Source of the DNA: Thermoplasmata archaeon
Lineage (GTDB): Archaea > Thermoplasmatota > Thermoplasmata > Halarchaeoplasmatales > Halarchaeoplasmataceae
Assembly: GCA_003554965.1 (NCBI GenBank)
Contig: PWHR01000020.1
Location: 70,202 to 134,201, forward strand
DNA: 64,000 nucleotides
Direction: 5' to 3'
The translations under genes and the position numbers were made by a program. The notes under the pieces were generated by a model, which did no database searches, was not told the origin of the DNA, and was given only the letters and a program-made list of their open reading frames with translations. This document shows, one piece after another, positions 19,462 to 28,331 of this stretch; position 1 is the first letter of the stretch; the number at the start of each line of letters is the position of its first letter.

Positions 19462-20247
19462 TCAAACTATCTTGTAATCGATACGGTATTCTTCATCAAG
19501 GTCCCTATTTCTGCTGCTCAGTTTTTCGATCACACGATCGAACTGATCCCCCGACAGCATGAAGAGGACATTTAAACCCTTCTCCGCAGCATTTATCGAA
19601 GCTTCTACCGGTGAAAAGATGATGTTGGGTTCGAATCCCATCATCTTGCATAAGCCGTACTGAGTTTCTTCCATGACCCCTACGCGATCATAATCGATCT
19701 CTTCTAACTTCTCTTTCAGCTCTTCAACTTTCTCTCGCATCTCTTCCCCTGTTTCTAGGCCTGAATCTAGAAGATAGATGTCCCCGACTTCCATCTCTGT
19801 GATCCCTCTCAGACCTCCCACTTTCACTGGCTGGCCTTTCTCAGCTTCGTGTAGAGCCGTTCCTTTACTAGCTCTTTCTCTCAATGAGGCTCTCAATATA
19901 CCATCCTCCATGATGAGACCAACTTCGTCACCTCCACTTATATGTTCAGAAGCTATAGCGGTCGTTGTAGAAATGAGATCGATCTTTTCGCTCGCCTCTG
20001 TCAAAAATGAGCTCAGTTCTGATAGAACGTCCCTCACCATCTCCATCCCTTTAGATGTAGCGTGATAAGTGCCGCTGGACCTGTCCATCAGATACTCTTC
20101 CTCCATTTCTGAGATGTAATTCGAAGCGGCCTGCTCGCTGATATCAAGTTCAGAGGCTATATCTGCCAGTCTACCGGGCTTCTGGACTGCAGCGGTGTAC
20201 AGTATCAGGAACTTGGTTAGCCTTTTCTTATCTCTCAATACCTTCAT
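19462..20247 (-). CDS. Putative HTH transcription regulator with uncharacterised C-terminal domain, co-oriented immediately downstream of hoxH
   Basis: An N-terminal wHTH-like segment LADIASELDISEQAASNYISEME is present. It lies 65 nt downstream of the hydrogenase large-subunit gene on the same strand. Confidence 0.4.
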   Translation of the reverse strand: MKVLRDKKRLTKFLILYTAAVQKPGRLADIASELDISEQAASNYISEMEEEYLMDRSSGTYHATSKGMEMVRDVLSELSSFLTEASEKIDLISTTTAIASEHISGGDEVGLIMEDGILRASLRERASKGTALHEAEKGQPVKVGGLRGITEMEVGDIYLLDSGLETGEEMREKVEELKEKLEEIDYDRVGVMEETQYGLCKMMGFEPNIIFSPVEASINAAEKGLNVLFMLSGDQFDRVIEKLSSRNRDLDEEYRIDYKIV

Positions 20248-20312
20248 CTTAACCTTAACCTAGAAAAAAGAAAAGAGAATTTAATATAAGGGGTTTTCGA
20301 AGTTTTAGATGA

Positions 20313-21752
20313 TCAGTATCTCTTTTTACTATCTATCACTTCGCCCTCTTTAGAGACAAGATCCACTTTCAATGGCATCTGTCCCACTGCATGGGTGGAA
20401 CAGGAGAGGCATGGATCGTAGCACCTGACTACACTCTCAAGTCTGTTCAAAATGCCCTCTGGTATCTCCTCTTGGGAGCCGTCGATGTATTCTTCTGCTA
20501 CGCTCTGTATGCTCTTATTGATCCCCATATTGTTGTGCCCAGTAGCTACGATGAAGTTGGCATCTGTGATTATACCGTTTTCGTCCGACATGTATTCATG
20601 TATCAATGTTCCTCTAGGAGCTTCTATAACACCTCTACCTTTTGCTTTCCTAGCTTGAGTCGGTACATTTATCTCTCCAGTATAAACTTCTTCATCCTGG
20701 AGTAACTCTTCGATCTTCTCCACGGTGTGAAGTGTTTCTATCAGTCTCGCATAGTGGTAGAAAAGTGGACCCTCTTTTATCTCTTTACTCCCCATCTCTT
20801 TGTAACGCTTCCATTCTTCGTGAGCCAACTCAGTACTGATACCGTCGATCAGATTCAATCTCGCAAGTGGTCCCACTCTATAGACTCCTTCTTCGAATCC
20901 TTTATCCTTGTAGTACGGGAATTTCATATAGCTCCATTCTAAAGCCCTTTCTCCGATAACGTCATAGTACTTTTTAGGGTCTGTTTCTTCTAAAATTTCA
21001 CCATCAGAGTTCACCAAACGAAGATCACCGTCGTAAAATTCCAATTGTCCATCTTCATCGACCAGTCCCATGTAGGCAGTTTCATATGACGCAAACTCTT
21101 CCAATTGAGTGTCCATATCTTCGTATATTTCTTTCAAAAGCTCTATGGTTTCCTGCAGGTACGATTTCAAGTCATCTGTCTTCTCCAAGAACTCCTCGCC
21201 CTTTTCTCTGATCATGTTCTGATTAACGCCGCCTGCTACGGACAATTCAGGGTGAACTTTTTTGCCGCCTAAAGCTTCGATTATTCCTTGTCCAAAACTC
21301 CGAAGCTCTATACCTCTATCGACAAGCTCTTCATTTTCTCTGAGAAGTCCAAATATATTTCTCTCTTCCGGCGATTCATCAAACCCCATTACCAAGTCCG
21401 GACTTGAAAGGTAGAAAAAACTCAGACTATGTGATTGAAGTATCTGTCCCATGTGAAGGAGCTCCCTTATCTTATGTGCACTCTCAGGAACTTCTGCTCC
21501 TACCAGATCGTCGCATGCTTTTGAAGCGGCTAGTTCGTGACTTACTGGACATATCCCACATATCCTAGACGTCATCTCCGGCATCTCCCATAAAACCCTT
21601 CCCTGTACAAATTTTTCAAAAGCTCTGAATTCGGTCACGTGAAATCTAGCTTCTTCGACTTGTCTTTCATCGTCAAGATGTATGCTTATCTTACCATGGC
21701 CTTCTACCCTTGTTACGGGATTTATTTCTTTTATTTCTCCCATCTTATGCAC
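20313..21752 (-). CDS. hoxH: [NiFe]-hydrogenase large subunit (group 3d-like, HoxH)
   Basis: The N-terminal RICGICPVSH and C-terminal DPCLSCSTHAVG Ni-Fe ligand motifs were seen, at 479 aa. Confidence 0.9.
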   Translation of the reverse strand: MHKMGEIKEINPVTRVEGHGKISIHLDDERQVEEARFHVTEFRAFEKFVQGRVLWEMPEMTSRICGICPVSHELAASKACDDLVGAEVPESAHKIRELLHMGQILQSHSLSFFYLSSPDLVMGFDESPEERNIFGLLRENEELVDRGIELRSFGQGIIEALGGKKVHPELSVAGGVNQNMIREKGEEFLEKTDDLKSYLQETIELLKEIYEDMDTQLEEFASYETAYMGLVDEDGQLEFYDGDLRLVNSDGEILEETDPKKYYDVIGERALEWSYMKFPYYKDKGFEEGVYRVGPLARLNLIDGISTELAHEEWKRYKEMGSKEIKEGPLFYHYARLIETLHTVEKIEELLQDEEVYTGEINVPTQARKAKGRGVIEAPRGTLIHEYMSDENGIITDANFIVATGHNNMGINKSIQSVAEEYIDGSQEEIPEGILNRLESVVRCYDPCLSCSTHAVGQMPLKVDLVSKEGEVIDSKKRY

Positions 21753-21754
21753 CT

Positions 21755-22303
21755 CTAATATCTCAATTTATCTTTATCCAATTTCGGTATCTCTCCTTCA
21801 AGAAGCTTTTCCAGACCATAACGGATTATATCCGCGGATGGAGGACATCCAGGAATATATGCATCGACTTCTATCACTTCATCGAGTCCTCTAGCTTTCT
21901 CAGTTAGAGCAGGTACGTGCTCAGGATCAGGGATCTCACTTTCGTCATCACTTTTCCCTATGTAGCACTCTTCAAGTATATCCTCCACAGGTTCAAAATT
22001 TCTCATAGTCATGATCCCTCCAAAACAAGCACAGTCACCCCAGGCCACAAGTATCTCACAATTATCTCTCATCTCTTTGGCCACTTCGACGTTCTCCTCA
22101 TTAGTTATCGTTCCTTCTAATATTCCTATATCGACTTCTTCGATATCCTTGATATCCATTATCACGTGGCTAGACTGGAACTCGAGGAGTTCTGCAAGCT
22201 CCTTAACAAATTCGTCTACGTCCAAAAACGACATATGACAGCCCGAACATCCGCACATACAGGCCGTAGCTACCGTGGGTTTATCTTCTGCCATCTTTTT
22301 CAC
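21755..22303 (-). CDS. hoxY: [NiFe]-hydrogenase small subunit, proximal-cluster-only type (HoxY-like)
   Basis: 182 aa with ATACMCGCSGCH and a GDCACFGG proximal [4Fe-4S] pattern. There is no medial/distal cluster domain, as in HoxY. Confidence 0.85.
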   Translation of the reverse strand: MKKMAEDKPTVATACMCGCSGCHMSFLDVDEFVKELAELLEFQSSHVIMDIKDIEEVDIGILEGTITNEENVEVAKEMRDNCEILVAWGDCACFGGIMTMRNFEPVEDILEECYIGKSDDESEIPDPEHVPALTEKARGLDEVIEVDAYIPGCPPSADIIRYGLEKLLEGEIPKLDKDKLRY

Positions 22304-24156
22304 CTCTTTTCAGCTAATTCTTCAAAAAACTCTCTCTCCGACTTCAATTCTCCTTTAGGCTCCATAACCCGTTCGACTTCTTTTTCCTCTCCATTTATGT
22401 TGACTGAAGTGCCCTCTCTCTCAAACATAGTAAGAGATGGTATGACGAGATCAGCTTTTTCGGTTAATTCTGATCGTTTCGACGCCTGGACTATGGAAAA
22501 ATCAGCGTTCTCGATAAGTTTCTTCATATCCTCTTGATCATCTTCATCGCCTGCGAGGACATAAGCTACATCGGGCTCTTCGTAAACTCCTTCTGTTTCT
22601 AGACTCCTGATATACTGGTTGGAGGCCTGATTCAAGCTTATCAAGTAGCTACCTTCAAGCTTCGCTAATTCAAATATGTGTCTTATAGACCAACGATCGA
22701 TTATCTCACTACCCAAGATTATTATGTCATAGGTTGATTCTTCTAGATGTTTCACGACCTGCATCACATCTCTTGGATGCACCCTTAGACCACCTAGGAT
22801 CGAGGATACACGAGTAAGATCTTCTATAGATCCTTTACCCTCTCTGACGACTTGATTTATGAGCCTAGTTAACTGCGTCTTAGGAGATTCCACGCTTATA
22901 GAGATATCAGAATGTTCCCAGAACCTGTCTTCATAAGCATCTATGGTTATCAATCTGGTTCCGTTCATTGCTGCTCTTCTGATATACGAGGCTAGAACGG
23001 GATGTGTATCTCGTACAGAAGTATCGTAAAGAAGGATATGATCAGCTTTCATGACTTCTGTGATATCATCGATAAAGTGACCTTCGATCATATTTATCCT
23101 TCTTTTCACTTCTTTTTCGAATCTATGTCTTTTAGCTCCTACCACGTCAAATAAAGCTCCATGTGTTCTCATGGCTTCGGAAAACGAGTCGAGCACTTCA
23201 TTTGTGAGGTTTCCACTAGCCATAGCACTTATCTTGTCACCTTCATCGAGAACCTCTGCTGCCTTTTCGAGACCTTTTGCCAAACTCATCTCTTTCTCTG
23301 TCTCGTTCTCTTTATAGATCACATCATCGATTTTTTCAGTCCTGTCCACGAGAGGTTCAAATCTTCCCATCTCGCATAGCTGTCCTCCTGATTCCATTTC
23401 ACTTTCTGCCCCTTCGATCTCCACAAGATGTCCTGTACGGGTGTATATCTCAGTCTCGCATCCGACGCTGCATCTCAAGCAGGTAGATTCAGTGAGGTCA
23501 CATTCATCTTTGATGCCTTTGAACATACTGTGTTTGTTGAATATAGCTCCAGTGGGACATACTTGTAGGCACATACCACAAGAAACACAAGTAGATTCTT
23601 TCAAAGGTACATCGGCATCTGCAACTATCTCATTCTCGAGACCTCTACCACCAAATGCTAGAGTCTGATTTCCAACTACCTCTTCGCAGGCCCTAACACA
23701 CCTTCCACATCTGATACATCTGTTGTTGTCTATGACGATGTGCTCGTGGGAGGAATCTATAGGCCTATCTGGAAACAATCGAGGATGTTCAAAATAATCT
23801 ATCCCATTTTCCCACATCAGATCCTGTAATTCACAATCACCGTCAGATTCACAGAACATACAATAATGGTTTTCACTGCGGTATATAAGTTCAAGATTCA
23901 TCCTTCTGTATTTTTTGATCTCGTCCGTTTCAGTCTTTATCTCTAAATCTTCTTCCACTTTGAGTCCACAAGCTGGTTGTATTTGCTCTCCGTTCACTTC
24001 TACTATGCAAACCCGACAGGCCATAACGTTCTCCATTGCGTCGTGCTGGCAAAGTTTAGGTATATCTATACCGTGCTTTTTGCAAGCGGACATCACTGTT
24101 TCTCCCTTTTCAGCGGAGATCTTTTCTCCGTCTACAGTAAATTTTACGGTGCTCAT
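22300..24156 (-). CDS. hoxU: NuoG/HoxU-like FeS subunit (2Fe-2S + His-ligated 4Fe-4S + 2x4Fe-4S + degenerate molybdopterin-like domain)
   Basis: CRVCIVEV (2Fe-2S), HYCMFCESDGDC (His-4Fe4S), CIRCGRCVRAC, CVSCGMCLQVCP and CLRCSVGC were seen. 618 aa, a long form compared with ~240-aa cyanobacterial HoxU. Confidence 0.8.
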   Translation of the reverse strand: MSTVKFTVDGEKISAEKGETVMSACKKHGIDIPKLCQHDAMENVMACRVCIVEVNGEQIQPACGLKVEEDLEIKTETDEIKKYRRMNLELIYRSENHYCMFCESDGDCELQDLMWENGIDYFEHPRLFPDRPIDSSHEHIVIDNNRCIRCGRCVRACEEVVGNQTLAFGGRGLENEIVADADVPLKESTCVSCGMCLQVCPTGAIFNKHSMFKGIKDECDLTESTCLRCSVGCETEIYTRTGHLVEIEGAESEMESGGQLCEMGRFEPLVDRTEKIDDVIYKENETEKEMSLAKGLEKAAEVLDEGDKISAMASGNLTNEVLDSFSEAMRTHGALFDVVGAKRHRFEKEVKRRINMIEGHFIDDITEVMKADHILLYDTSVRDTHPVLASYIRRAAMNGTRLITIDAYEDRFWEHSDISISVESPKTQLTRLINQVVREGKGSIEDLTRVSSILGGLRVHPRDVMQVVKHLEESTYDIIILGSEIIDRWSIRHIFELAKLEGSYLISLNQASNQYIRSLETEGVYEEPDVAYVLAGDEDDQEDMKKLIENADFSIVQASKRSELTEKADLVIPSLTMFEREGTSVNINGEEKEVERVMEPKGELKSEREFFEELAEKR

Positions 24157-25952
24157 TCATTATCACCTTCCGATATAGCTTCGACAGGACAAACCTGAGC
24201 ACATTCACCACATGAGATACAGGTATCAGGATCGATGCTGTACGATTCATCTCCACTTGATATAGCGTCTACCGGACAGACTTCAGTACATTTTCCGCAC
24301 GTCACGCAAGCTTCCTCATCGATGTAGAAAGCCTCAACTAGTGCTTTACATGTGCCTGTTGGGCACTCTTTTTCGTTGACATGGGCCTCATATTCTTCCC
24401 TGAAAAATCTCAAAGTACTCAAAACTGGGTTTGGGCTTGCCTGGCCGAGTCCGCAGAAAGATGTATTCTGTACAGTTTCAGCTAGTTCTTCCAATGTCTC
24501 AAGATCCTCGGATTCTCCTTCACCTTTTGTTATCTTATCTAATATGTCCAACATCCTTTTGGTACCTAATCTACAGGGGGGACACTTACCACAGGATTCT
24601 TCCTGAGTGAAGTCTAAAAAGAACTTGGCGACATCGACCATGCATGTGTCTTCATCTAAAACTATGAATCCTCCCGAGCCCATTATAGTTCCAGCTTCCT
24701 CTAGTGAATCATAATCTATAGGTAGATCGATATGTTCTTCAGGTATAGTCCCACCAGCTGGTCCGCCTATCTGTACCGCCTTGAAATCCTTTCCACCGGC
24801 AACACCGCCAGCTATATCTATCATCTCTTCAATAGTGGTACCCATCTCAGCTTCAACAAGACCAGTGTTCCCAACATCTCCGGCTACTGCAAAAACCTTT
24901 GTTCCGGAACTTCCTTCAGTCCCGATATCATCGAACCACTCTGATCCTTTCTCTATAATAATAGGTATGTTCGCAAACGTTTCTACGTTGTTTATAACTG
25001 TAGGTTGATCCCAAAGACCAGATTGCGCGGGATATGGAGGCCTGTATTTTGGTCTTCCCTGTTTTCCCTCTATAGATGAAAGTAAAGCGGTCTCCTCACC
25101 ACAGACGAAAGCTCCTGCACCGACTCTCAACTCTACATTGAAATCAAATTGGGTGTTGAAAAGGTTCTCTCCTAGATAACCCTCGCTTTCGGCATCCCTA
25201 ATGGCTTTTTGTAGATTTCTGATAGCTAATGGATATTCAGCTCTAACATAGATATATCCCTTATTGGCTCCAACTGCGTAACCTGCGATCATCATCCCTT
25301 CGATGATACTATGTGGATCGCCTTCTAAAACACTCCTATCCATAAATGCTCCTGGATCTCCCTCATCTCCGTTACAAACAACATATTTTTCATCTTCGTC
25401 TTCACGGGCGGTAAATTCCCACTTGAGCCCAGTTGGGAATCCAGCACCACCTCTTCCCCGTAGGCCAGATTCTTTTATCTCTTCTATTATCTCCTCTCTT
25501 TCCATATCTGTTATAGCTTTCCTAGCTGCCATGTATCCATCATTTTCAAGATAGTCTTCAAGGCTGCTCGGATCTATATCTCCTGAATTCCTCATGACTA
25601 TCTTTTTTTGACCCTGTATGAAATCAAGTTTTTGAAACTCTTCGACTTTGTGACCATCATCCTCTATGAGTAAATTACGAACTACACGATCTTTCAACAA
25701 GTGTTCTTCAACAATTGTTTCAACATCGGATGGCTCTAGATTTCCATAAAAGGTGTCCTCAGGTCGAATGATTATCATAGGACCGAGATTGCAGGGTCCC
25801 ATACAGCCTGTCCTCTTTATCGCTCTAGTCACTGGATATTTATCCTCCAGTTCGTGTTTCCAGAGTTCGTCCATCAATTTATCTTCAATCTCCTCAGCCC
25901 CGGCTGATAAGCAACCTGTACCGGAACATATCAGGATTTCTCTTCTAGTCAT
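24153..25952 (-). CDS. hoxF: NuoF-like NAD(P)H-binding FMN/FeS subunit (HoxF / 51 kDa-like) with N-terminal Trx-like 2Fe-2S and C-terminal 2x[4Fe-4S]
   Basis: GAGFPTGLKWEF (FMN/NADH), ESCGKCPPCRLGT (N3 cluster), the N-terminal SGTGC...GCMGPC and the C-terminal CVTCGKCTEVCP/CISCGECAQVCP were seen. Confidence 0.9.
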   Translation of the reverse strand: MTRREILICSGTGCLSAGAEEIEDKLMDELWKHELEDKYPVTRAIKRTGCMGPCNLGPMIIIRPEDTFYGNLEPSDVETIVEEHLLKDRVVRNLLIEDDGHKVEEFQKLDFIQGQKKIVMRNSGDIDPSSLEDYLENDGYMAARKAITDMEREEIIEEIKESGLRGRGGAGFPTGLKWEFTAREDEDEKYVVCNGDEGDPGAFMDRSVLEGDPHSIIEGMMIAGYAVGANKGYIYVRAEYPLAIRNLQKAIRDAESEGYLGENLFNTQFDFNVELRVGAGAFVCGEETALLSSIEGKQGRPKYRPPYPAQSGLWDQPTVINNVETFANIPIIIEKGSEWFDDIGTEGSSGTKVFAVAGDVGNTGLVEAEMGTTIEEMIDIAGGVAGGKDFKAVQIGGPAGGTIPEEHIDLPIDYDSLEEAGTIMGSGGFIVLDEDTCMVDVAKFFLDFTQEESCGKCPPCRLGTKRMLDILDKITKGEGESEDLETLEELAETVQNTSFCGLGQASPNPVLSTLRFFREEYEAHVNEKECPTGTCKALVEAFYIDEEACVTCGKCTEVCPVDAISSGDESYSIDPDTCISCGECAQVCPVEAISEGDNE

Positions 25953-25979
25953 TTTATCTATCCTCTTTCTAAACTCTTT

Positions 25980-26438
25980 TTAATATCTATTTAAAATATC
26001 TTCTAGCTCTTCAGTCTGGACTTTACCATAAACATCATCACCGACCATCACTATCGGTGCTTTACTGCAGGCTCCAACACACCTTTTTGTGTTAAATGTG
26101 AATTTTCCGTCATCGGACGTGCCACCTTCTTCTACATTTAATCTGTCTTTCAGTTCTTCAGTTAGTTCGTCAGCTCCTTTCACATGACAAGCAGTTCCCG
26201 TACATACAGATATGGTGTAATCTCCCTTCGGTTCCATAGTAAAAAACGAGTAGAAAGTAACCACTGAATAAACTTGGCTGTATGGGATACCGAGTTCCTC
26301 GGCTATGAACTCCTGAACCTCTTTTGGAAGATAACCCAGTTTTTTCTGAACTTCGTGCAGTATGGGTATCAAACTTCCAGCTTTCTTTTCATATTCCTCT
26401 ATTATGGGCAACATATCCCGCAGATGGTATTTTTCCAT
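25980..26438 (-). CDS. hoxE: NuoE-like thioredoxin-fold [2Fe-2S] subunit (HoxE / 24 kDa-like)
   Basis: CTGTACHVKG...CVGACSKAP matches the NuoE Cys pattern, at 152 aa. Confidence 0.85.
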   Translation of the reverse strand: MEKYHLRDMLPIIEEYEKKAGSLIPILHEVQKKLGYLPKEVQEFIAEELGIPYSQVYSVVTFYSFFTMEPKGDYTISVCTGTACHVKGADELTEELKDRLNVEEGGTSDDGKFTFNTKRCVGACSKAPIVMVGDDVYGKVQTEELEDILNRY

Positions 26439-26766
26439 TATATCTATCCCCTTTTTATTTGCGAATGCGACCTATTCAAACTTTCCCTTTACTAGGCCTA
26501 AATCTTGGGTCAATTTTGCCTAGAAAGCGCCCATATTAAACACTTTCGCTCGCTTATTCATCCATATTTATTGTAAAAAAAGAAAATATAGATATGAGGT
26601 TGTTATTCTGGAAACTCTTATGACTTTTCGATCACAAGGTAGAAAAACACTCTATAATGAGCACAAATCTTTAATAGCAATCGATGTATTGGCGCATCCG
26701 TATTTAACGATATGAGTGAAATCATGGCAGTATTTGGAAAGGAATATAGAACCTGTTCAGGACTGT

Positions 26767-26785
26767 GGATATTGAAAGGATATCC
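26767..26785. promoter_or_regulatory. Candidate operator: GGATAT-N5-GGATATCC (direct repeat, second copy palindromic) ~45 bp upstream of the rightward hydrogenase operon
   Basis: Read directly from the sequence (ggatattgaaaggatatcc) within the 393-bp divergent intergenic region between the two hydrogenase operons. Confidence 0.25.
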
Positions 26786-26831
26786 GAATACCCAAGTTAC
26801 AGATATGTATACTAATAAGGAGGCATAAGCG

Positions 26832-28331
26832 ATGGATAAAAAACCGAAGGTGGCTTTTTTCGATTTCGCAGGATGTGAAGGAGACCAACTGCAAATAGCC
26901 AATTTAGAGGAAAAAATACTGGACCTGTTAGAACTGGTGGAGATAGTGAGTTTTAGGGAGGTCATGAAGGAGCATTCAGATGACTATGAAGTGGCTTTCA
27001 TCGAAGGTTCTATTCAGAGACCTAAAGACGAGGAGAGATTGAAAAAGATAAGATCGAACGCGGATATGTTGATAGCTCTTGGAGACTGTGCAAGCAACGG
27101 CTGTGTGAACAAACTCCAAAAAGATTGGTCTATAGATGAAGTTGAAGAAGAGGTCTATCCTGAAGCAGACGATGAGATAGAAGACAACGAACTCTTCTCT
27201 AATTTTTCAACAAAAGCCGTTGACGAAGTGGTTAATGTGGATTATTATCTGAGAGGTTGTCCTGTAAGAGGAGATCGTGTTCTCAACTTCGTTGAAAAAT
27301 TGGTGAAAAGACCAGTCGATACTAATAAAGATATAGATTTTGGAGTTATGCTGAGAGATAAAGAAGTTGATGAGCGGTCACTCGTCAACTACAATCCAAA
27401 TAAATGTATACTATGTCGACGGTGTGCTAATGTTTGTCAGGACGTCCTTGGAGTAGACGCATTAGGGCCGGTCGAAAGAGGTTGGGAGACGATCATATCA
27501 ACTCCTAAAGATATAGGATTTGACGCCAATGGATGTATTCAATGTGGACAATGTGTCGCGGTGTGTCCTGTAGATTCACTATATACAGATACGCCGGTAG
27601 AAGAGTTGTCTGAAAAGTTGAAAGAAGGAACCCAAGAGTTCGCCATAGCTCTGGACTCCATTGCGGTCGCCTCTTTTATCCAGGAGCATCCCATGCTGTC
27701 TGATATGGAACCAAAACAGGCAGAAAGATACTTTATCGCAAGTCTGAAAAAGATGGGATTCGGAAAAGTCGTTCAATACGAGCACTTTCTAGAGATGTCT
27801 AGAGAAGCAGATGAGGATAACGATGAGCCTGTATTAGCTAGTTGGTGTTTGCCTGCTAGAAATCATTTAGAAGCAGAGGAAATCGATTCTCTAAGTGTAA
27901 AAGACAAAAACGGACCTTGGAATAAGCTTTTAAAAGAAGTAAAAGGAGAGATCTGTTTGATGAGTCCATGCAGTGGTTTAAAAGCAGTTGAAGGGCTAGA
28001 TCATGTGATATCTGCTCCTGAGATGATAGATCTGTTCAACCACTTAGACATTCAAATTGGATTTGTTGAGCCAGCTTCGGGAGATTACGACGGAAAGCTT
28101 GCTTCTGATGATTTCAAGCATCCAGGAATTCCTGATGATAGAGAATATTTTAAGGTCACAGCTGATCTTGAAGATGAATTAGCTGAAGCGGACCTTGAAG
28201 ATGGGGGCGTAGACGTATTTCCCTGTCTGAATGGTTGTTTGAGTGGTGGAGGTAACCATCCAACAGCAGATGAATCCAAGATCAAGAAGAGGATAGAAAT
28301 AGCGATCGAATTGAGAGAGGTGAGATCATGA
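26832..28331 (+). CDS. Hybrid hydrogenase subunit: [NiFe] small-subunit (FrhG/MvhG-like) domain + 2x[4Fe-4S] ferredoxin domain + shortened [FeFe]-hydrogenase H-cluster-like domain
   Basis: The N-terminus FDFAGCEGDQ...GDCASNGC is a NuoB/small-subunit proximal-cluster pattern. CILCRRCANVC and CIQCGQCVAVCP are two 4Fe-4S motifs. The C-terminal 250 aa align by eye to the Clostridium-type HydA H-domain: IALDSIAVAS~VAMAPSVRAS, SLKKMGFGKV~ALRQLGFDKI, ASWCLPA~TSCCPGW (L1), MSPCSGLKAVE~MPCTSKKFEA (L2) and FPCLNGCLSGGGNHP~MACHGGCVNGGGQP (L3). SD aggagg is present. Confidence 0.75.
   Translation: MDKKPKVAFFDFAGCEGDQLQIANLEEKILDLLELVEIVSFREVMKEHSDDYEVAFIEGSIQRPKDEERLKKIRSNADMLIALGDCASNGCVNKLQKDWSIDEVEEEVYPEADDEIEDNELFSNFSTKAVDEVVNVDYYLRGCPVRGDRVLNFVEKLVKRPVDTNKDIDFGVMLRDKEVDERSLVNYNPNKCILCRRCANVCQDVLGVDALGPVERGWETIISTPKDIGFDANGCIQCGQCVAVCPVDSLYTDTPVEELSEKLKEGTQEFAIALDSIAVASFIQEHPMLSDMEPKQAERYFIASLKKMGFGKVVQYEHFLEMSREADEDNDEPVLASWCLPARNHLEAEEIDSLSVKDKNGPWNKLLKEVKGEICLMSPCSGLKAVEGLDHVISAPEMIDLFNHLDIQIGFVEPASGDYDGKLASDDFKHPGIPDDREYFKVTADLEDELAEADLEDGGVDVFPCLNGCLSGGGNHPTADESKIKKRIEIAIELREVRS

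Noticed and set aside
26618-26965. 115-aa minus-strand ORF in the divergent hydrogenase intergenic region
   Set aside because: Overlaps the 5' end of the hybrid-subunit gene in antisense; no SD; hydrophobic low-complexity product; more likely promoter DNA.
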